From the NCBI GenBank assembly GCA_036274415.1, contig DASUFV010000064.1, positions 2,064 to 66,063 of the forward strand: a stretch of 64,000 bases of DNA. The letters are read 5' to 3'. How positions within the stretch are numbered: position 1 is the first letter of the stretch; each line of letters starts with the position of its first letter. A program made the position numbers and the translations under genes. The notes beneath the pieces are model-generated. The model made no database searches. It was not told the origin of the DNA and saw only the letters and a list, made by a program, of their open reading frames with translations. Origin of the DNA: Actinomycetes bacterium (lineage in GTDB: Bacteria > Actinomycetota > Actinomycetes > JAHEKZ01). Shown in pieces: positions 61,066 through 64,000 of the stretch.

Positions 61066-61617
61066 TCACAGCCGCTCGACCTCGTAGAGCAGCGCCTGGT
61101 AGGCGGCGTTGCCGAGGAAGTGACGCAGGCTCTTGGCGACCTCGCCGCACGCGTTGTAGATCTTCTCGGCCTTGCGGCTGTCGGTGTCGTAGCCGAGGTC
61201 GTTTGCGAAGTCCTCGAAGTTGCGTGCGTTCTCCCATGCCGAGGCATCGGACGCCAACGAGTCGAGCACGTCGGCGGCTGTCGGTGGCGTGGGCTGGTAG
61301 AGCGGCAGGCTCTCGGCCCACTGGCTGAAGTACTGCAGCTTGCGCGTGCGCTTGACGTGTGCGATGCCGCTTCGGAACGGCGTTGCGATCCCTTGATGAT
61401 CGACGCCGGGCGTGCCGCGGTTGAGCGTCACGCTCCACGCGAAGTGCCGCCATCCGTCCTCGTCGGCCGAGGGCGTCGGCATCATGCCGGACGGGCGGCG
61501 CTGGAACGGTTCGACGTACGGAACGAAGCCGGGCTTCTCGTCCACCCGGATCGTCTCGATCGTGATCCCGTGATCCTCGATGAACCGATCGAGCGGGATC
61601 AGCTCCGTGTCAGTCAA
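61066..61617 (-). CDS. hypothetical protein (TTG start inferred)
   Basis: GGAGGG, a 7-nt spacer, then TTG in a TTGA overlap with the upstream stop. Coding part of track ORF 61066..61890. Confidence 0.4.
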   Translation of the reverse strand: MTDTELIPLDRFIEDHGITIETIRVDEKPGFVPYVEPFQRRPSGMMPTPSADEDGWRHFAWSVTLNRGTPGVDHQGIATPFRSGIAHVKRTRKLQYFSQWAESLPLYQPTPPTAADVLDSLASDASAWENARNFEDFANDLGYDTDSRKAEKIYNACGEVAKSLRHFLGNAAYQALLYEVERL

Positions 61618-62096
61618 CGAAAGTCCCTCCTGTGGCGCCAGGCATAGGCGATTTCGTCCGCGTCGTTCTCGGAGCGGAACTTGCCGCAGATGTAGCCGTC
61701 GCTCGTGCCTTCGAGCCCTCGGTGCTGTTCGCGCGTGCCGCTGTTGCAGCGCACGCACCATTCCTCGTCCCACTCGAGCATCCCGAGCGCCTCCTCGTCG
61801 GCGATCGGGTAACGATCGAGGCGTTCGGCCCACGCGCGCATGGCGTGCTCGGCGTTGGATCCTGGGCGCACGAGCAGGTGGTCGATCCACCCGACAGCCC
61901 AGTTGTTCATGCGCTCGATCGCCGCATCCTCGGGATGCGCTTCGAGGATGGCCGGAACGATCACGTCCCAGTTGCTGCGTTCGATGGTGTCCGAATCCCG
62001 GTGGACCGAGAGCGTGATCAGCCAGCCTTCGCGCGCACCGTAGTAGACGAAGCTCGCGCGGTGGTCGGTGTGGATCGGCTCGAAGTCGATCACCAC
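61614..62096 (-). CDS. hypothetical protein
   Basis: 160 aa. Confidence 0.5.
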   Translation of the reverse strand: MVIDFEPIHTDHRASFVYYGAREGWLITLSVHRDSDTIERSNWDVIVPAILEAHPEDAAIERMNNWAVGWIDHLLVRPGSNAEHAMRAWAERLDRYPIADEEALGMLEWDEEWCVRCNSGTREQHRGLEGTSDGYICGKFRSENDADEIAYAWRHRRDFR

Positions 62097-62304
62097 GTCA
62101 CCGAACGCCAGCGATCTTCGGCGTAGAGCTGAGCCCAGCGCCGGTAGACGCGCGCCCAGTAGTCGCGTGTTTCATCGTTCGAGCGAGCGTGGAAGAACAG
62201 CCGTGCGCCATACACGGCCTCCATCCACGCATCGCGGACGAGCTGGTCCATCAGTAGTCGCCTCCGTTCTCCTGTAGAGCATCTGGTGCCCGCATGTGGT
62301 CATC

Positions 62305-62365
62305 ACGCCAAACGAGCGAACGAGCGCGCGCGAGGCAGTTGGCTGCGACGCCTCGCGTACGACGT
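62305..62365. repeat. GC-alternating repeat family, copy B
   Basis: AACGAGCGAACGAGCGCGCGCGAGGCAGTTGGCTGCGACGCCTCGCG. Confidence 0.6.
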
Positions 62366-62389
62366 TGATCGCGTCCTCGTAAGCGCTCA

Positions 62390-63067
62390 TCAGTCGATGA
62401 TCCCGAACGCGCCATTGAACTCGGGCTGACCCTCACGCCAGCCGCCGTCCTCGTTCGCCTCATCGAGCCAGTCGTTGTAGGCGTGCTGGTCGTTGTCGAA
62501 TGCGATCTCGGCCGCCTCGGCGTTGAGCGCGTGGTAGGCGTAGACGAACCCCGAGCTGTCCTCGCTCAGCATCCAGCTCTCGGGCTCACGCGACCACGGC
62601 ACGTCGAGGTCGAGGAACACGCCGAACCACAACCCGTACTCGTAGGTGTCGCCGTCGCTGGCGTGCATGTACTCGCTGTGGTCGTACAGCCAGCGAGCCT
62701 TGAGCTGATCGCTGCGAGCGACGCCCTCGAACTTGCCCGGCCCAACGTAGGGCGCAAAGCGAGACAAAATCCTGAGCGCGAGAGATCGAGGCCACACGCG
62801 CCAGAAGAACGGCCGTGTCACGAGCCGCCTGATCCAGACCCTGCGATAGCCACGAGCGCCGTCCCACGGGCTCAGCCGATCAACGAATGCCATCAGCCGA
62901 GGACGTTGGTCGAGCGTGTAGTAGGCCCGTGCAGACAGGCCATCGATGCGCCATTCGAGGCGTTCCTTGGTCTCGACGAGCCACAGGCGAATGGCCCATC
63001 GAACGAGGTCGAGGTAACGAGTCACTGTGCGCCTCCGGGCTGAGAGTTCAGTATACGTGTGGAACAT
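62390..63067 (-). CDS. hypothetical protein (start uncertain)
   Basis: Coding part of track ORF 62390..63373 (MFHTYTELSARRR...). Confidence 0.45.
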   Translation of the reverse strand: MFHTYTELSARRRTVTRYLDLVRWAIRLWLVETKERLEWRIDGLSARAYYTLDQRPRLMAFVDRLSPWDGARGYRRVWIRRLVTRPFFWRVWPRSLALRILSRFAPYVGPGKFEGVARSDQLKARWLYDHSEYMHASDGDTYEYGLWFGVFLDLDVPWSREPESWMLSEDSSGFVYAYHALNAEAAEIAFDNDQHAYNDWLDEANEDGGWREGQPEFNGAFGIID

Positions 63068-63093
63068 CCACACGCCAAGGTATTCGCCGCCGG

Positions 63094-63297
63094 TCAGTCG
63101 GTGAACCTGACGCCAACCGCGCGAGAATGTGCGATCGAGGAGTTCACGTACGAGCGTTGCGACATGCTCGATCCGCGGTACGTGCCGAGCATCATGTCGA
63201 TGAACTCGCGCGCCTCCTTGCGGGCTTCGGCGCGCGTCAGCGGGCCAGAGCCGCTGTTTACCTCGACGGTGATGACGAGCGCGACCTTTCGTTTCAT
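63094..63297 (-). CDS. hypothetical protein
   Basis: Internal ATG (MKRKVALVITVEVNSG...). Confidence 0.4.
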   Translation of the reverse strand: MKRKVALVITVEVNSGSGPLTRAEARKEAREFIDMMLGTYRGSSMSQRSYVNSSIAHSRAVGVRFTD

Positions 63298-63500
63298 GGC
63301 CGCGCGACCTGGGTGACGAGCTCGCGCACCGCGCGCTCGACATCCTTGCCGAACGCCTCGGCCCACTCACCATCCGGGCGAGTGGTCCAGACCTTGACGC
63401 CGTCGGGCGTGACCGTGCCCTCGGGCTTGGCGAAGTCGCGGAACGCGAGCGCCATCTGCTGCTGTGGTGTGAGAACGGGCAGGATCGTGGGCGTGGTCAT
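63294..63500 (-). CDS. hypothetical protein
   Basis: Internal ATG (MTTPTILPVL...). Confidence 0.4.
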   Translation of the reverse strand: MTTPTILPVLTPQQQMALAFRDFAKPEGTVTPDGVKVWTTRPDGEWAEAFGKDVERAVRELVTQVARP

Positions 63501-63790
63501 CAGTTGACCTCCTCTGCTGTGACACCGAGCACGATGTCGCTGTAGGTGACGCCGTTGTTGAGGCCGATGAGCGGGACCCATTCGGAGGACTCACGCTCGA
63601 GGAACGCGAGCGAAGCTCCCTCGGACACGAGGATGAACTTGCCGAGGTAGAAGTTGGGGTCGAGCGACTCGATCCAACCAGCGTCAACCGAGCGGAGATC
63701 GACGCGCGTGAGTTGCAGTTCACCGGGCACGGTGAACGGGCCTATCGGCGGGTTATTGCCGATCTTGTCCACGAACGTGAACGTCATCAT
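63500..63790 (-). CDS. hypothetical protein
   Basis: 96 aa. Confidence 0.45.
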   Translation of the reverse strand: MMTFTFVDKIGNNPPIGPFTVPGELQLTRVDLRSVDAGWIESLDPNFYLGKFILVSEGASLAFLERESSEWVPLIGLNNGVTYSDIVLGVTAEEVN

Positions 63791-63957
63791 CGGTAGCCCT
63801 CCGGGTGCGCCTGATAGCGCGAGCTGTGGCGCGCGTAATGGAGCCGAACGAGCGCGCGCGCGAGCAGTTGCCTGCGACCCTCACGCGTGCGCTCCAACCA
63901 CTGGTCGAGCGTGGCCAAGATGGCCACGCACGCCAGGAAGATCGCTACCTCGCCCAT
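63787..63957 (-). CDS. hypothetical small protein (56 aa, N-terminal hydrophobic segment), absent from the track. Contains repeat copy C
   Basis: ATG 63957. ATGA overlap with the downstream gene at 63787-63790. Confidence 0.3.
   Translation of the reverse strand: MGEVAIFLACVAILATLDQWLERTREGRRQLLARALVRLHYARHSSRYQAHPEGYR
63847..63895. repeat. GC-alternating repeat family, copy C
   Basis: GAGCCGAACGAGCGCGCGCGCGAGCAGTTGCCTGCGACCCTCACGCGTGCGCTC. Confidence 0.6.
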
Positions 63958-64000
63958 GCCTGGGCCCGGGCGGACGACGATCCACCCTGCTCCCGGTCGA

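Overview
This 64 kb window is one continuous segment of a high-GC (roughly two-thirds G+C by eye), tailed-phage (siphovirus-type) genome or prophage of the actinobacteriophage kind. Genes are tightly packed, many with ATGA/GTGA start-stop overlaps, and the window has two oppositely oriented arms.

Left arm, 1..42023, all + strand (late genes):
- Small genes of unknown function.
- A QueD-like gene and a ParB-like nuclease-domain gene.
- TerS and TerL.
- An unusual ~6.3 kb fibre-like module that includes a 1052-aa protein with two LamG domains and about 25 tandem 22-aa repeats.
- Portal.
- An inserted island carrying an HTH protein, a SAM methyltransferase, three low-complexity proteins and a GT4 glycosyltransferase.
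- Prohead protease/scaffold, major capsid, connector and neck proteins, major tail protein, G/GT chaperones (the -1 frameshift product is missed by the ORF track), and a 1948-aa tape measure protein.
- Minor tail and fibre genes, including a 1679-aa repeat-containing protein.
- A lysis cassette: cysteine-peptidase/SH3b endolysin, holin-like membrane proteins and a papain-family C1 peptidase.

Right arm, 42267..64000, all - strand (early-type genes), separated from the left arm by convergent terminators:
- DNA-metabolism genes: RusA, two HNH endonucleases, an ERF-like annealing protein, a Cas4-like exonuclease, a RadC-like JAB protein and a short FtsK-like ATPase.
- Many small Cys-rich genes.
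- Noncoding regions with palindromes and hairpins.
- A 4-copy GC-alternating DNA repeat family.

No tRNA, rRNA, CRISPR array, integrase, transposase or obvious repressor was recognised. All functional calls rest on motifs read by eye, without database searches.
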